The notes: generated by a model not told the origin, from the letters alone. Positions 18,799-28,322 are shown, counted from the stretch's first letter. The stretch is DNA of 64,000 nucleotides from Candidatus Geohabitans tengchongensis (GCA_031459625.1 JAVKIH010000008.1:18359-82358), one strand, 5' to 3'. Numbers and translations: made by a program.

Positions 18799-19152
18799 GT
18801 GGGCGCGAACGAGGGGACGATGCCCGGGCGCACGGTGGAGTGGTTGGAGGTGAGCCGGCTCGCCAGTGGGATGCTCCTGCGCGTCCCGGTCTGGACGGTC
18901 CGGGGCACGGGCGCCGGGCCCGCCCTGGGCGTAACGGCGGCCATCCATGGCGATGAGATCGTCGGCATCGAGGTGGTCCGCCGCCTGCTCGACCGCCTGG
19001 AGCGGACGCCCTTCCGGGGGATGGTCCGGGCGGTGCCGGTGGCAACCCGCTGGCCCCCATCCTCTTCGTCTTTGCCTATGCCTTCAGCAGCGTCTCCTAC
19101 GCCGTCTTCCCGCCGCCGGGGTTCTCCCTGCGCTGGTTCGAGCGCCTCCTGA
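18799..19152 (+). pseudogene. Remnant: N-terminal ~82 codons of a second AstE/AspA-family gene
   Basis: VPVWTVRGTGAGPALGVTAAIHGDEIVGIEVVRRLLDRLER...VRAVPVA parallels residues ~35-90 of the intact copy at 16018. Similarity stops at ~19045 and the frame runs into unrelated sequence. Confidence 0.5.
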
Positions 19153-19799
19153 CCCAGCACGACCTGCTGCGGGCGGCGCTGAACTCCCTGCTCGTGGCGG
19201 CGGCGGCCACGGCCGGGAGTCTGGGGCTGGGGACCCTGGCCGCCCTGGGACTGGTGCGCTACCGCTTCGCCGGCCGGGAGGTGCTGCGCGCGGTCTTCCT
19301 GGCGCCGCTCATCGTGCCGCGGATCGCCTTCGGCGTAGCCATCATGGTCTACATGATCCTCCTGCGCCGCTTCGGCGGGCTGGACAGCCTCGTCCTGGCC
19401 CACCTGATGGTGACGCTGCCGTTCGCCATCTCGATCCTCTCGGCCAGCCTGGTGAGCGCGGAGCGGGTCCTGGAGGAAGCGGCCATGGACCTGGGAGTGA
19501 CGCCGCTGCAGACCTTCCTGCGGGTGACGCTGCCGCAGATCCGCACGGGGCTGGCCGTCAGCGCCTTCTTCGCCTTCATCATCTCCTGGGACCAGGTGGA
19601 GACCTCGCTCTTCCTCGTGAAGACCGACAACGTCACGCTGCCGGTGGCCATGTTCTACTACATCCAGCGCCACCAGGACCCGGTGATCGCCGCCCTCTCC
19701 ACCGTGCTGATCGCCGCGGCGGCCGTGGCCGGCGCGGCGGCGGTGGCCGCCACCGACCCCCGCGACCTCTCCCGCCTGCTGGGCGCCCGCGGGCGGTGA
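19046..19799 (+). pseudogene. Remnant: PotC-like permease paralog lacking its N-terminus and start codon
   Basis: From ~19046 the frame reads LAPILFVFAYAFSSVSYAVFPPPGFSLRW... through EAAMDLGVTPLQTFLRVTLPQIR, colinear with the intact PotC-like protein from its residue ~37. The frame opens at 18957 with no ATG/GTG/TTG before the GTG at 19194. Confidence 0.55.
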
Positions 19800-19979
19800 G
19801 CCGACCCACACCGGGACCAGCAGCCGGTCCAGATCGTCCCGGTGGATCCGCACCGGCCGGCCCAGCCGGATGGCCGGAAGCCGTCCCTGCCGGACGTAGG
19901 CGTACACCGTGAGGCGGTGGAGCTGCAGGTAGGCGGCCGCCTGCCGGACCGTGAGGAGCTCGGGCAGCTCGCGACGCAT
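19800..19979 (-). CDS. Excisionase/MerR-type helix-turn-helix DNA-binding ORF (probably 3' truncated)
   Basis: MRRELPELLTVRQAAAYLQLHRLTVYAYVRQGRLPAIRLGRPVRIHRDDLDRLL is an excisionase-family HTH. The frame has no stop and continues antisense through the potC-like remnant (ORF 18651..20051), so only the first ~60 codons are credible. Confidence 0.4.
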
Positions 19980-20176
19980 GCCGCCATGGTGGCAGAGCCC
20001 GCGGCGAGGATGGAGTGATGCGGCGCATCCCCGGCCGGTGACTGCGGTCACAGCCTTCCGCGGCCGCCGCCGGGAGCGTGTTTGGCGGCGAGGGGGAGGT
20101 GGCGGCGTGGAGGGTGAAAACCCCCTTCGAGGGCGGTCTGCCCCCAGACCGCGTCCGGCATCACGGAGGAGGTCCC

Positions 20177-21163
20177 ATGGCCCGACCCAAGGTCTACGTC
20201 ACGCGGCCGCTCCCCGAGCCCGCCCTGGCCCTCATCCGGGAGCGGACGGAGATGCGCCTGTGGGAGCAGGACGAGATCCCCCCGCCCCGCGACGTCCTGC
20301 TGCGCGAGGTCGCCGACGTCGACGGGCTGCTCGCCCTGCTCACCGACCGCATCGACGAGGAGCTGCTCGCGCGCGCCCCCCGCCTGCGTGTGGTGGCCAA
20401 CTATGCCGTCGGCTTCGACAACGTGGACGTGGCGGCGGCCACGCGGCGCGGCGTCGTCGTCACGAACACCCCGGGGGTCCTCACCGAGACCGTGGCGGAC
20501 TTCGCCATGGCCATGATCCTGGCGGCGGCGCGGCGCCTGGTCGAGGCCGACCGCTACACCCGCAGCAACCTGTGGCGCTCCTGGCAGCCGATGCTCTTCC
20601 TGGGGCAGGACGTGCACGGCGCCACCCTGGGGCTCGTCGGGCTGGGGCGGATCGGCAGCGCCGTGGCCCGGCGTGCCCGCGGCTTCGACATGCGCGTCCT
20701 CTACTACGACGTGGTGCGCCGGGAGGACCTGGAGCGGGAGATGGGCATCGTCTTCCGCCCCCTGGAGGAGGTGCTGCGCGAGAGCGACTTCATCAGCATC
20801 CACACGCCGCTGACTCCCGAGACCCGCCACCTCATCGGCCGCCAGCAGCTGCGGATGATGAAGCCGACGGCGGTGCTGGTGAACACGGCCCGCGGGCCCA
20901 TCGTCGACACCATGGCGCTGTACGAGGCCCTGCGCGACGGCGTCATCTGGGCGGCGGCCCTGGACGTCTTCGAGGTGGAGCCGGTCCCCCCGGACCACCC
21001 GCTGCTCACGCTCGACAACGTCACCGTCGCCCCGCACATCGCCAGCGCCTCGGTGCGGACGCGCACGCAGATGGCGCTCATGGCCGCGGAGAACCTGCTG
21101 GCGGTGCTGGAGGGGCGGCGGCCCCCCAATCCCGTCAACCCTGAGGTCCTGGAAGGACGGTAG
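20177..21163 (+). CDS. D-2-hydroxyacid dehydrogenase (glyoxylate/hydroxypyruvate reductase-like)
   Basis: NAD motif [16 protein letters not shown], catalytic region TARGPIVD and HIASAS. RBS GGAGGAGG before the ATG. Confidence 0.85.
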   Translation: MARPKVYVTRPLPEPALALIRERTEMRLWEQDEIPPPRDVLLREVADVDGLLALLTDRIDEELLARAPRLRVVANYAVGFDNVDVAAATRRGVVVTNTPGVLTETVADFAMAMILAAARRLVEADRYTRSNLWRSWQPMLFLGQDVHGATLGLVGLGRIGSAVARRARGFDMRVLYYDVVRREDLEREMGIVFRPLEEVLRESDFISIHTPLTPETRHLIGRQQLRMMKPTAVLVNTARGPIVDTMALYEALRDGVIWAAALDVFEVEPVPPDHPLLTLDNVTVAPHIASASVRTRTQMALMAAENLLAVLEGRRPPNPVNPEVLEGR

Positions 21164-21167
21164 GGGG

Positions 21168-22175
21168 ATGGCCCTCCTCTACCTGGGGATGGAGGACGCC
21201 GTGGTGGTCGTCCGGGAGGGGAGGTCTGGGTGGGCCGTCGAGGAGCGCCTCACCGGCCAGCCGGTCCAGGGCGTGGCGGCGGACCCGCAGGATCCTGTGC
21301 GGGTCTACGCAGCCACCGCCGAGGGGCTGTGGCGCAGCGCCGACGGCGGCCGCACCTGGGAACGCGCGGCGGCCCCGGGACTGGACGACGTCACCGCGGT
21401 GGCGGTGGCTCCGGCCCACGACGGCGGTCCCGGCCCCGTGTACGCCGGCACCGAGCCGAGCCGCCTCTTCCGCTCCGACGACGGCGGGGTCACCTGGCGG
21501 GAGCTGCGCGGGCTTGTGGCCCTGCCCTCGGCCCGGACCTGGAGCTTCCCGCCTCGTCCGAAGACCCACCACGTCCGCTGGATCGCCCCCGACCCGGCGC
21601 GGCCGGGGCGCCTCTACGTGGCCATCGAGGCCGGGGCCCTGGTGCACTCCGCCGACGGCGGGGAGACCTGGCACGACCGCGTCCCCGGCGGGCCCTACGA
21701 CACCCACACGCTGGCCGTCCACCCCCACGCGCCCGACCGCCTCTACTCCGCGGCGGGGGACGGCTACTTCGAGAGCCTGGACGGCGGCGCGTCGTGGCGT
21801 TCACCCGAGGAGGGCCTGCGCCACGGCTACCTCTTCGGCGTCGCCGCGGATCCGGGCGATCCCGAGACCGTGGTGGTCTCGGCGGCGGCGGGACCGGGGA
21901 GTGCGTACGTGGCCGGGCGGGCGACCACCTACCTCTACCGGTGGCAGGGCCAGGGCCCGTGGGCGCTCCTCCGGGAGGGGCTGCCGGAGGCGCGCCGCAC
22001 CACGATCACGGTGCTGGCCACCCACCCGCAGGCACCCGGGGTGGTCTACGCCGCCAACAACCGGGGGATCTTCCGCTCGCGCGACGGGGGAGCGCGGTGG
22101 ACGGCGCTCGAGCTCCCCTGGCCGGCGCGCTTCCAGGACCACGCCGTCCAGGGGGTGGTGGTGATCGAGCCCTAG
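21168..22175 (+). CDS. BNR/Asp-box repeat beta-propeller protein (sialidase-like / Ycf48-like)
   Basis: Multiple S-x-D-G-G-x-T-W Asp-box repeats (SADGGRTWE, SDDGGVTWR, SADGGETWH, SLDGGASWR, SRDGGARWT). Confidence 0.6.
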   Translation: MALLYLGMEDAVVVVREGRSGWAVEERLTGQPVQGVAADPQDPVRVYAATAEGLWRSADGGRTWERAAAPGLDDVTAVAVAPAHDGGPGPVYAGTEPSRLFRSDDGGVTWRELRGLVALPSARTWSFPPRPKTHHVRWIAPDPARPGRLYVAIEAGALVHSADGGETWHDRVPGGPYDTHTLAVHPHAPDRLYSAAGDGYFESLDGGASWRSPEEGLRHGYLFGVAADPGDPETVVVSAAAGPGSAYVAGRATTYLYRWQGQGPWALLREGLPEARRTTITVLATHPQAPGVVYAANNRGIFRSRDGGARWTALELPWPARFQDHAVQGVVVIEP

Positions 22176-22270
22176 TGCGGGTGCTCCGTCTCGCCGCGGC
22201 GCGTCGCGGACCTCCCGCCGGGGGCCGGGGCCGCGGGCCCGCCGGGCGCGGCTCGCGACGGCCAGAGAGA

Positions 22271-22304
22271 GCGCAGGGCGCCGGAAGCTCCCGGCGCCCT
22301 GCGC
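22271..22304. terminator. Bidirectional hairpin between convergent genes
   Basis: gcgcagggcgccgg-aagctc-ccggcgccctgcgc: perfect 14-bp stem, 6-nt loop, between the BNR gene (+) and the family-5 binding-protein gene (-). No clear U-tract. Confidence 0.4.
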
Positions 22305-22324
22305 GAGTCGACGGGCGACGTCCC

Positions 22325-23908
22325 CTACTGCTTGCCGATCGTCCAGGTGCGGAACTGCATGTCCGGGCTCAGCTGGATGCCGGTGACGTTCTTCTGCGCG
22401 ACCGCGAAGGCCTGCAGGTTGTTCGTCCACATCGGCACCAGGATGGCCGACTCGGCCAGCAGCCGCTGGGTCTGCTGGTAGAGCTGGGTGCGCCGAGCCC
22501 GGTCGGTGGTCTGCTTGGCCTCGGTGAGGAGCTGGCGGAACTGCTGCGCGTACTGCTTGTCCCGCGCGCTGGTGGCCTTGTTGAGGAAGGTGCCCAGGCT
22601 CTCCGGCGACTCGATGAGCCAGGGGGCCAGGAAGTTGTCGGGGTCGACGAAGTCCGGGAACCACCCCAGGAAGAACATGCCGAACTGCCCGGCGGCCATC
22701 GACTTCGTGTAGGTGGCCCACTCCTGCGTCTTGATCTCCACCGTGGCCAGGCCCGTCTCCTCGATGGCCCGCTTCACCACCGCGCCCGCGTCCGGCTCGG
22801 TGTTACCGTAGCGGACCGGGGTGAGCCACAGGGTGAGGGCGAGCTTGCGGCCGGAGCTGTAGCCGGCCTCGCGCAGCAGCGCCCGGGCCTGCTCCAGGTT
22901 GCGGCGCGGGAAGGCCTCCACGTGGCTCCACAGCCCTGGCGGCACCATGCTGTAGAGCGCAGTGTTGAGGCCGCCGAAGACGTTGCGCACGATGCGGTCG
23001 CGGTCCAGCGCCAGCGCCACGGCGCGGCGGACGCGGACGTCGTCGAAGGGTTTCACCGTGACGTTGAAGACGATGTAGCGCACCGAGAGGCTGGGGCCGC
23101 GGATGACGGTCACCCGGGGGCTCTGCTGCAGCCGCCGCAGGTCCTCCGGGTTGAAGGTGCGGAACCCGACGTCCACCTGCCCCGACTCGACGGCGGCGGC
23201 CAGGGCCGAGGCGTCGGCCAGGAAGACGGTGATGACCCGACGGCTCTTGGGGGCGGGGCCCCAGTAGCCGCGGTAGGCCTCGTAGACCGTCCGCTGGTCC
23301 GGCACGTACTGGGCCAGCCGGTACGGTCCGGTGCCGGCGAAGCGCCCCTTGGCGAACTCGTTGGCCGGGGTGGAGCGGGGGCTGAAGACGTGGGCGGGCG
23401 CCACCCCGTGGGTCATGCGCGCCAGGAAGGTGGCGTCCCGCTCGCGCAGCCGGATGCGCACCGTCGTGGCGTCGACGACCTCGACGGGCAAGCGGATGTT
23501 CTTGATCAGCCCGACGCCGCCCTCGGGGCCGTCCAGCTTGAGGGCGCGCTCCAGCGAGAACTTCACGGCCGCGGCGTCGAAGGGTGTCCCGTCGGTGAAC
23601 GTCACCCCGCGGCGCAGCTTGAAGGTGTAGGTGAGCCCGTCATCGGAGACCTGCCAGGACTCCGCCAGCTGCCCCACGATGTCCGTGGTCCCGGGTTTGA
23701 ACTGCACGAGCGCCTCCGAGACCTGCGCGAAGACGTGCCAGGTCCAGTAGTCGTAGGAGTTCTCCGGAGAGAGCTCGGTGATCTTGTCGGTGGTTCCCAG
23801 GACCAGCGTGTCGCGCGGCGTGGCTGCGGGCGCCCGGGACGCCGGCGCCCCCAGGACGACCACGAGCCCCGCCACCAGCAGGACGGCACACAGGCGTGAT
23901 GCGGTCAT
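22325..23908 (-). CDS. ABC transporter substrate-binding protein, family 5 (peptide/nickel, DppA/OppA-like)
   Basis: Signal peptide MTASRLCAVLLVAGLVVVLGAPASRA; family-5 SBP length (527 aa) and motifs (TFKLRRGVTFTDGTPFDAAAVKFSLER). Confidence 0.85.
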   Translation of the reverse strand: MTASRLCAVLLVAGLVVVLGAPASRAPAATPRDTLVLGTTDKITELSPENSYDYWTWHVFAQVSEALVQFKPGTTDIVGQLAESWQVSDDGLTYTFKLRRGVTFTDGTPFDAAAVKFSLERALKLDGPEGGVGLIKNIRLPVEVVDATTVRIRLRERDATFLARMTHGVAPAHVFSPRSTPANEFAKGRFAGTGPYRLAQYVPDQRTVYEAYRGYWGPAPKSRRVITVFLADASALAAAVESGQVDVGFRTFNPEDLRRLQQSPRVTVIRGPSLSVRYIVFNVTVKPFDDVRVRRAVALALDRDRIVRNVFGGLNTALYSMVPPGLWSHVEAFPRRNLEQARALLREAGYSSGRKLALTLWLTPVRYGNTEPDAGAVVKRAIEETGLATVEIKTQEWATYTKSMAAGQFGMFFLGWFPDFVDPDNFLAPWLIESPESLGTFLNKATSARDKQYAQQFRQLLTEAKQTTDRARRTQLYQQTQRLLAESAILVPMWTNNLQAFAVAQKNVTGIQLSPDMQFRTWTIGKQ

Positions 23909-23988
23909 GCCTCACCCCCCGTGGTTGGGATCGCTTCTCCCGGTAGCGATTTCAGTGTAGCGCAGGGGGCATCCTGCCGCGCAGCGAC

Positions 23989-24864
23989 CTACTCGACGGC
24001 GCGGCGCCGGCGGGGGCTGAGCCGGTCGGCCAGCCCTTCCCCCAGCATCCCGAACCCCAGGGAGAGGAGGATGATCATCAGGCCGGGGAAGGTAATGAGC
24101 CACCAGTAGCCCGCCTGCAGGAACTTCTGGCCGTTCTGGATGTCGAAGCCCCAGTCCGGCGTGGGAGGCGGCAGCCCGAAGCCCAGGAAGGCCAGCGCCG
24201 CTTCGGTGAGGATGGCGTCGGCGATGTTGAAGGAAGGGACGGTCATCACCGCGCTCAGGGTGTTGGGGGCGATGTGCCGCAGGAGCACGCGGCTGCCGGA
24301 GGCCCCCACCGCCCGCGCCGCCTCGACGAACTCCTGCTCCCGCACCACCAGCACCTGCGCCCGCGCCACCCGGAAGTAGGCCGGGACGTAGACGAAGGCG
24401 ATGGCCGCCGTCATGTTGGTCAGCCCCGGGCCCAGCATGGCCACGATGGCGATGGCCAGGATGAGGGCGGGGAAGGAGTAGATCGCGTCCATCACCAGGG
24501 AGAGGACCCGATCCAGCCCGCCGCCGGCGGCCCCGGCCACCCACCCGAGCGCCGTCCCCGCGCTCAGCGAGATGGCCACCGAGAGCGCCGCCACCAGGAG
24601 CGGGACGCGCCCCCCGTACAGCACCCGGCTCAGCACGTCGCGCTGCAGCTGGTCCGTCCCCATGGGGTGGGCCGGCGACGGGGGCTGGAGGCGGTCCGCG
24701 CCCGTCGGGGCCGTGGGGTCGTAGGGGGCCAGGACGGGGGCGGCCAGCGTCACCAGCACCACCAGGGCGACGATGGCCGCGCCGCCCACGAGCAGGTACC
24801 CGCGGCGGACCGGGTGGCGCACGCGGCGGCCCGGGGGCACCGGCGCGCGGCGGACCCGGCGCAT
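23989..24864 (-). CDS. ABC transporter permease, DppC-like
   Basis: C-terminal 291 codons of ORF 23989..26610; EAA loop VEAARAVGASGSRVLLRHIAPN. ATG overlaps the dppB-like stop. Confidence 0.85.
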   Translation of the reverse strand: MRRVRRAPVPPGRRVRHPVRRGYLLVGGAAIVALVVLVTLAAPVLAPYDPTAPTGADRLQPPSPAHPMGTDQLQRDVLSRVLYGGRVPLLVAALSVAISLSAGTALGWVAGAAGGGLDRVLSLVMDAIYSFPALILAIAIVAMLGPGLTNMTAAIAFVYVPAYFRVARAQVLVVREQEFVEAARAVGASGSRVLLRHIAPNTLSAVMTVPSFNIADAILTEAALAFLGFGLPPPTPDWGFDIQNGQKFLQAGYWWLITFPGLMIILLSLGFGMLGEGLADRLSPRRRRAVE

Positions 24865-25874
24865 CAGAAGCGGATGCGCGGGTCCACCCGGGCGTAGAGG
24901 ACGTCCACCGCCAGGTTGACCGCCGAGATGAACAGCGCGATGAAGACCACGGCGCCCTGGATGGCGGCGAAGTCTCGCGAGGAGATCGCCTCCAGCAGGT
25001 AGCGGGCCACCCCGGGCCAGGAGTAGACCGTCTCGGTGAGGATGGCCCCGGCCATCAGCAGGGCGAACTGGAGCCCCACCACCGTGACGATGGGGATGAG
25101 GGCGTTGCGCAGGGCGTGGCGGCGGACCACCACCGGCTCGGGCAACCCCTTGGCCCGGGCCACGGTGACGTACTCGCGCTCCAGCACCTCCAGCATGCTC
25201 GTGCGGGTCATCCGCCCGATGAACCCCGACACGACCAGCCCGAGCGTGAGCGTCGGGAGCACCAGGTGGCGCAGGGCGCCGAGAAACAGGCGCAGGTCCC
25301 CGCGCAGCAGCGTGTCCACCGTGTAGAGGTGGGTGATCGGCTCGAAGAAGGCGGCGGCCACCGGGTCCAGGCGGCCCCCCGCCGGCAGCACCCGCCAGCG
25401 CACCGCGAAGAGCATCAGCAGCATGAGCCCGATCCAGAAGACGGGCATGGCGAAGGAGGCGATGTTGAACAGGCGGACCAGGTGGTCGGCGGGGCGGTCG
25501 CGGCGGACCGCGGCCACGAGGCCCGTCCCCACCCCGATGGCGGTGGCGGCGAGCATGCCGAAGACCGCCAGCTCCAGCGTGGCCGGAAGGCGCAGCAGCA
25601 GCTCCTGGGTCACCGGGAGCCCGGTGCGGACGGAGGTGCCGAAGTCCAGTCGGGCCACGTCGCCGAGGTAGTCCAGGTACTGCACCGGCAGGGGGCGGTC
25701 GAGCCCGAGCTGGGCGCGGCACCGTGCCAGGGTCTCCAGGGTGACGTTGCGCCCGCCCAGCAGCGCCAGGCACGGGTCGCCCGGCAACACCCGCAGGATG
25801 ACGAAGACGACCGTGAGCAGCACCAGCAGCATAGGCAGGGTGAGGGCCAGGCGGGTGAGGATGTAGCGCAGCAC
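24864..25874 (-). CDS. ABC transporter permease, DppB-like
   Basis: MLRYILTRLALTLPMLLVLLTVVFVILRVLPGDP is the canonical DppB/OppB N-terminus; EAA loop present. Confidence 0.85.
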   Translation of the reverse strand: MLRYILTRLALTLPMLLVLLTVVFVILRVLPGDPCLALLGGRNVTLETLARCRAQLGLDRPLPVQYLDYLGDVARLDFGTSVRTGLPVTQELLLRLPATLELAVFGMLAATAIGVGTGLVAAVRRDRPADHLVRLFNIASFAMPVFWIGLMLLMLFAVRWRVLPAGGRLDPVAAAFFEPITHLYTVDTLLRGDLRLFLGALRHLVLPTLTLGLVVSGFIGRMTRTSMLEVLEREYVTVARAKGLPEPVVVRRHALRNALIPIVTVVGLQFALLMAGAILTETVYSWPGVARYLLEAISSRDFAAIQGAVVFIALFISAVNLAVDVLYARVDPRIRF

Positions 25875-25877
25875 CGC

Positions 25878-26696
25878 TCAGGGGTGGGGGCGCACGCCCC
25901 GGCCGGCCCAGCGCTCCAGCGCCCGCACGCCGGCCGAGCCCACGAGCGTCATGAGCAGGTAGAGCAGCGCCACCATGTTGTAGGTCTCGAAGGCCCGGAA
26001 GGTCCGCGCGTTGAGCAGGTTGCCCGAGTAGGTGAGCTCCTGCACGGAGATCACCGAGGCCAGCGACGAGTCCTTCAGCATGGCCACGAAGTCGTTGCCC
26101 AGTGGCGGCAGGATGATGCGCAGCGCCTGCGGCAGGACGACGTAGCGCATCGTCTGCCCGTAGCTGAGCCCCAGCGAGCGGGCCGCCTCCACCTGGCCCC
26201 GCGGGATGGCCTCGATGCCCGCCCGGTAGATCTCCGCCAGGTAGGCCCCGTAGCCGATCCCCAGCGCCAGCACCGCCCGCACCACCGGGTCGCGCCACCA
26301 GCGCATCCCCGTGGCGTCGGCGATGGCCGGGGTGGCCACGAAGGCGACGTAGAGGAGGAAGACCAGCAGCGGGACCCCGCGCACCACCTCGATGTAGAGG
26401 ATCGCCGGCGTGTGCAGCCAGGGGTTGCGCGAGACCCGCGCCAGCCCGGCTACGAGCCCGACCACCAGCGCCAGCGCGTAGGAAGCCAGGGAGAGGTAGA
26501 GCGTCAGGAGGACGCCCTCGGCCAGGAAGGCGAGGGTCTCGCGGTAGACCGGGGAGCCGGCGACGCGCAGTGCCACCAGGATCCCCCCGATGGCCAGCAC
26601 CAGGGCCCACCAGGGGAGGCGCTCGAGCGGGAGGGGGAGGAGCCGCCCGGTCCCCGCCCGGCGGGCCTCGCTGGTCCCGACCGGGCCCAGGCTCAC
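25878..26696 (-). CDS. Polar amino acid ABC transporter permease (HisM/GlnP family)
   Basis: EAA loop GQVEAARSLGLSYGQTMRYVVLPQALRIILPPLGN typical of the polar amino-acid permease family. Confidence 0.8.
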   Translation of the reverse strand: MSLGPVGTSEARRAGTGRLLPLPLERLPWWALVLAIGGILVALRVAGSPVYRETLAFLAEGVLLTLYLSLASYALALVVGLVAGLARVSRNPWLHTPAILYIEVVRGVPLLVFLLYVAFVATPAIADATGMRWWRDPVVRAVLALGIGYGAYLAEIYRAGIEAIPRGQVEAARSLGLSYGQTMRYVVLPQALRIILPPLGNDFVAMLKDSSLASVISVQELTYSGNLLNARTFRAFETYNMVALLYLLMTLVGSAGVRALERWAGRGVRPHP

Positions 26697-26757
26697 CAGG
26701 AGCGGCGAGGGGACCGGGAGGGCGCTGCCCCCGGTCCCCTGGCGCCGCCGTCCTCCC

Positions 26758-27588
26758 CTACTGCGTGGGCTTCCACTCCTCGAACCACTTCTTCTGGAGC
26801 TGGGCCAGGGTGCCGTTGGCCTTGAGCTGGTCCAGCGCGGCGTTGAAGGCGTTGCGCAGCTCCGTGTTGCCCTCGCGCACCACGATCCCCAGCTGGTCCC
26901 GCGTCAGCTTCTCCCCGACGGTCTTCAGCTTCCCGGGGTTGGTCCCCATGTACCCGAGCGCGGCCACGCTGTCGATGATCACCGCGTCCACGTCCCGGTT
27001 GAGCAGGGCCTGCACCGCCAGGTCGAAGGTGCGGTAGCGCTTGACCTCCTTGACCTTCCCCTCCTTCTGCATCTGGGTGGCCAGCTCGTCGTTGGTGGTG
27101 CCGATCTGGACGGCCACCGTCTTGTCGGCCAGGTCCTCGGCCCCGCGGATGCGCGTCTCGTCCTGGCGCACCAGGACCTGCTGCCCCACCTCGATGTAGG
27201 GCTGGGTGAAGTCGACGGTCTTGTCCCGCTCCGCGGTGATGGTGATGCCGGAGATGGCCACGTCGAAGTCGCCCTTCTGGACGCCGGCCAGCACGCCCTC
27301 CCAGGCCACGCTCTGGATCTGGGGCTTGCAGTTGGCCAGCTTGCAGATCTCGGTGATCAGGTCGACGTCGAAGCCGATGATGTTCTTGTTCGGGTCGAGC
27401 ATCTCGAAGGGCGGGTAGGTAGCGTCGGTGGCGACGCGAAGCGTCCGGCCGCCCAGGTCGGGGACCTGCCCTGCCGCCGGCGAGGCCTGGCCGGGCGGAG
27501 CCTGCTGCGCTTGCCGCTGGCAGCCGGCCGCGACCAGCACGGCCACCAGCAGGGCCACCAGCACGATGCCTCGCGGAGTTCTCCTCAT
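26758..27588 (-). CDS. Amino acid ABC transporter substrate-binding lipoprotein (family 3)
   Basis: Lipobox LVAAGCQ, family-3 SBP body (TLRVATDATYPPFEM, GFDVDL, DVAISGITIT). ATG at 27586-27588 preferred over the GTG at 27594 because of the GGAGGGGGGAGGG RBS. Confidence 0.8.
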   Translation of the reverse strand: MRRTPRGIVLVALLVAVLVAAGCQRQAQQAPPGQASPAAGQVPDLGGRTLRVATDATYPPFEMLDPNKNIIGFDVDLITEICKLANCKPQIQSVAWEGVLAGVQKGDFDVAISGITITAERDKTVDFTQPYIEVGQQVLVRQDETRIRGAEDLADKTVAVQIGTTNDELATQMQKEGKVKEVKRYRTFDLAVQALLNRDVDAVIIDSVAALGYMGTNPGKLKTVGEKLTRDQLGIVVREGNTELRNAFNAALDQLKANGTLAQLQKKWFEEWKPTQ

Positions 27589-27638
27589 GGGCACCCTCCC
27601 CCCTCCGGGGCGTTCATCCTGCGCCGTCTACCAGGGAC

Positions 27639-27644
27639 TATAAT
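27639..27644 (+). promoter_or_regulatory. TATAAT -10-like hexamer in the divergent intergenic region
   Basis: Exact TATAAT in an otherwise >70% GC context, ~105 nt upstream of the ECF S-component start. No convincing -35. Confidence 0.3.
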
Positions 27645-27749
27645 CTAGTTTGCACGTCACCGCCGGTTTTCCTGGCGTGGGGGCGGCGCGGTCGTCCGCC
27701 GGCGAGGCCGGCCGCCGTGACACCCGCTCCTGGCAGGAGGGAGGGACCT

Positions 27750-28265
27750 GTGAGGACGCGTGACCTGGCTGCCGCCGGGATCTTCATCGCCCTGGTCTTC
27801 GTCATCACCCGGTACACGGTGATGCCCATCCCGGCGACGAAGGGCTACTTCAACCTGGGCGAGGTGGCCATCTACATCGCGGCCATCGCCTTCGGCCCGC
27901 TGGTGGGGCTGCTCGCCGGAGGCCTGGGGTCGGCGCTGGCGGACCTGCACGCCGGGTACCAGCACTACGCCCTCTTCACGCTGATCATCAAGGGGGTGGA
28001 AGGGTACCTGGTGGGCCGCCTGGCTGGCGCCACGCTGGGGAGCCGCCTGCGGGGGCTCGTCGTGGGCGGGGCGTGGATGGTGCTGGGCTACTTCCTGGCC
28101 CAGACTGTCTTCTTCCGGTTCCTGGGCTTCGCGGACACGCGCAGCGCGGCCCTGACGGCGGCCCTCACCGAGCTGCCCTTCAACGTGGTGCAGGCGGTGG
28201 TGGGGATCGTCGTGGCCCTGCCGGTGACGCTGCGCCTGCGGGCGCTGGCGGGGCAGGCGTCCTAG
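27750..28265 (+). CDS. ECF transporter S component (substrate-capture subunit)
   Basis: GTG start after GGAGGGAGGGA. Small 5-6 TM protein RDLAAAGIFIALVFVITRYTVMPIP...GEVAIYIAAIAFGPLVGLLAGGLGSALADL typical of ECF S components. Substrate class not assignable. Confidence 0.65.
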   Translation: MRTRDLAAAGIFIALVFVITRYTVMPIPATKGYFNLGEVAIYIAAIAFGPLVGLLAGGLGSALADLHAGYQHYALFTLIIKGVEGYLVGRLAGATLGSRLRGLVVGGAWMVLGYFLAQTVFFRFLGFADTRSAALTAALTELPFNVVQAVVGIVVALPVTLRLRALAGQAS

Positions 28266-28322
28266 GACGCCGGGCGGCCGACCCGCCGGCCGCGCTCGGT
28301 TCCCTCCCCGGTGTAGCTCCGG

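Noticed and set aside
18651-20051. 466-aa minus-strand ORF
   Set aside because: Only the first ~60 codons (excisionase-type HTH) are credible. The remainder is antisense to the PotC-like and AstE-like remnants and is low complexity.
23989-26610. 873-aa minus-strand ORF
   Set aside because: Only its last 291 codons (DppC-like permease) are real. Upstream it reads off-frame across the DppB-like and amino-acid permease genes, which have their own clean frames.
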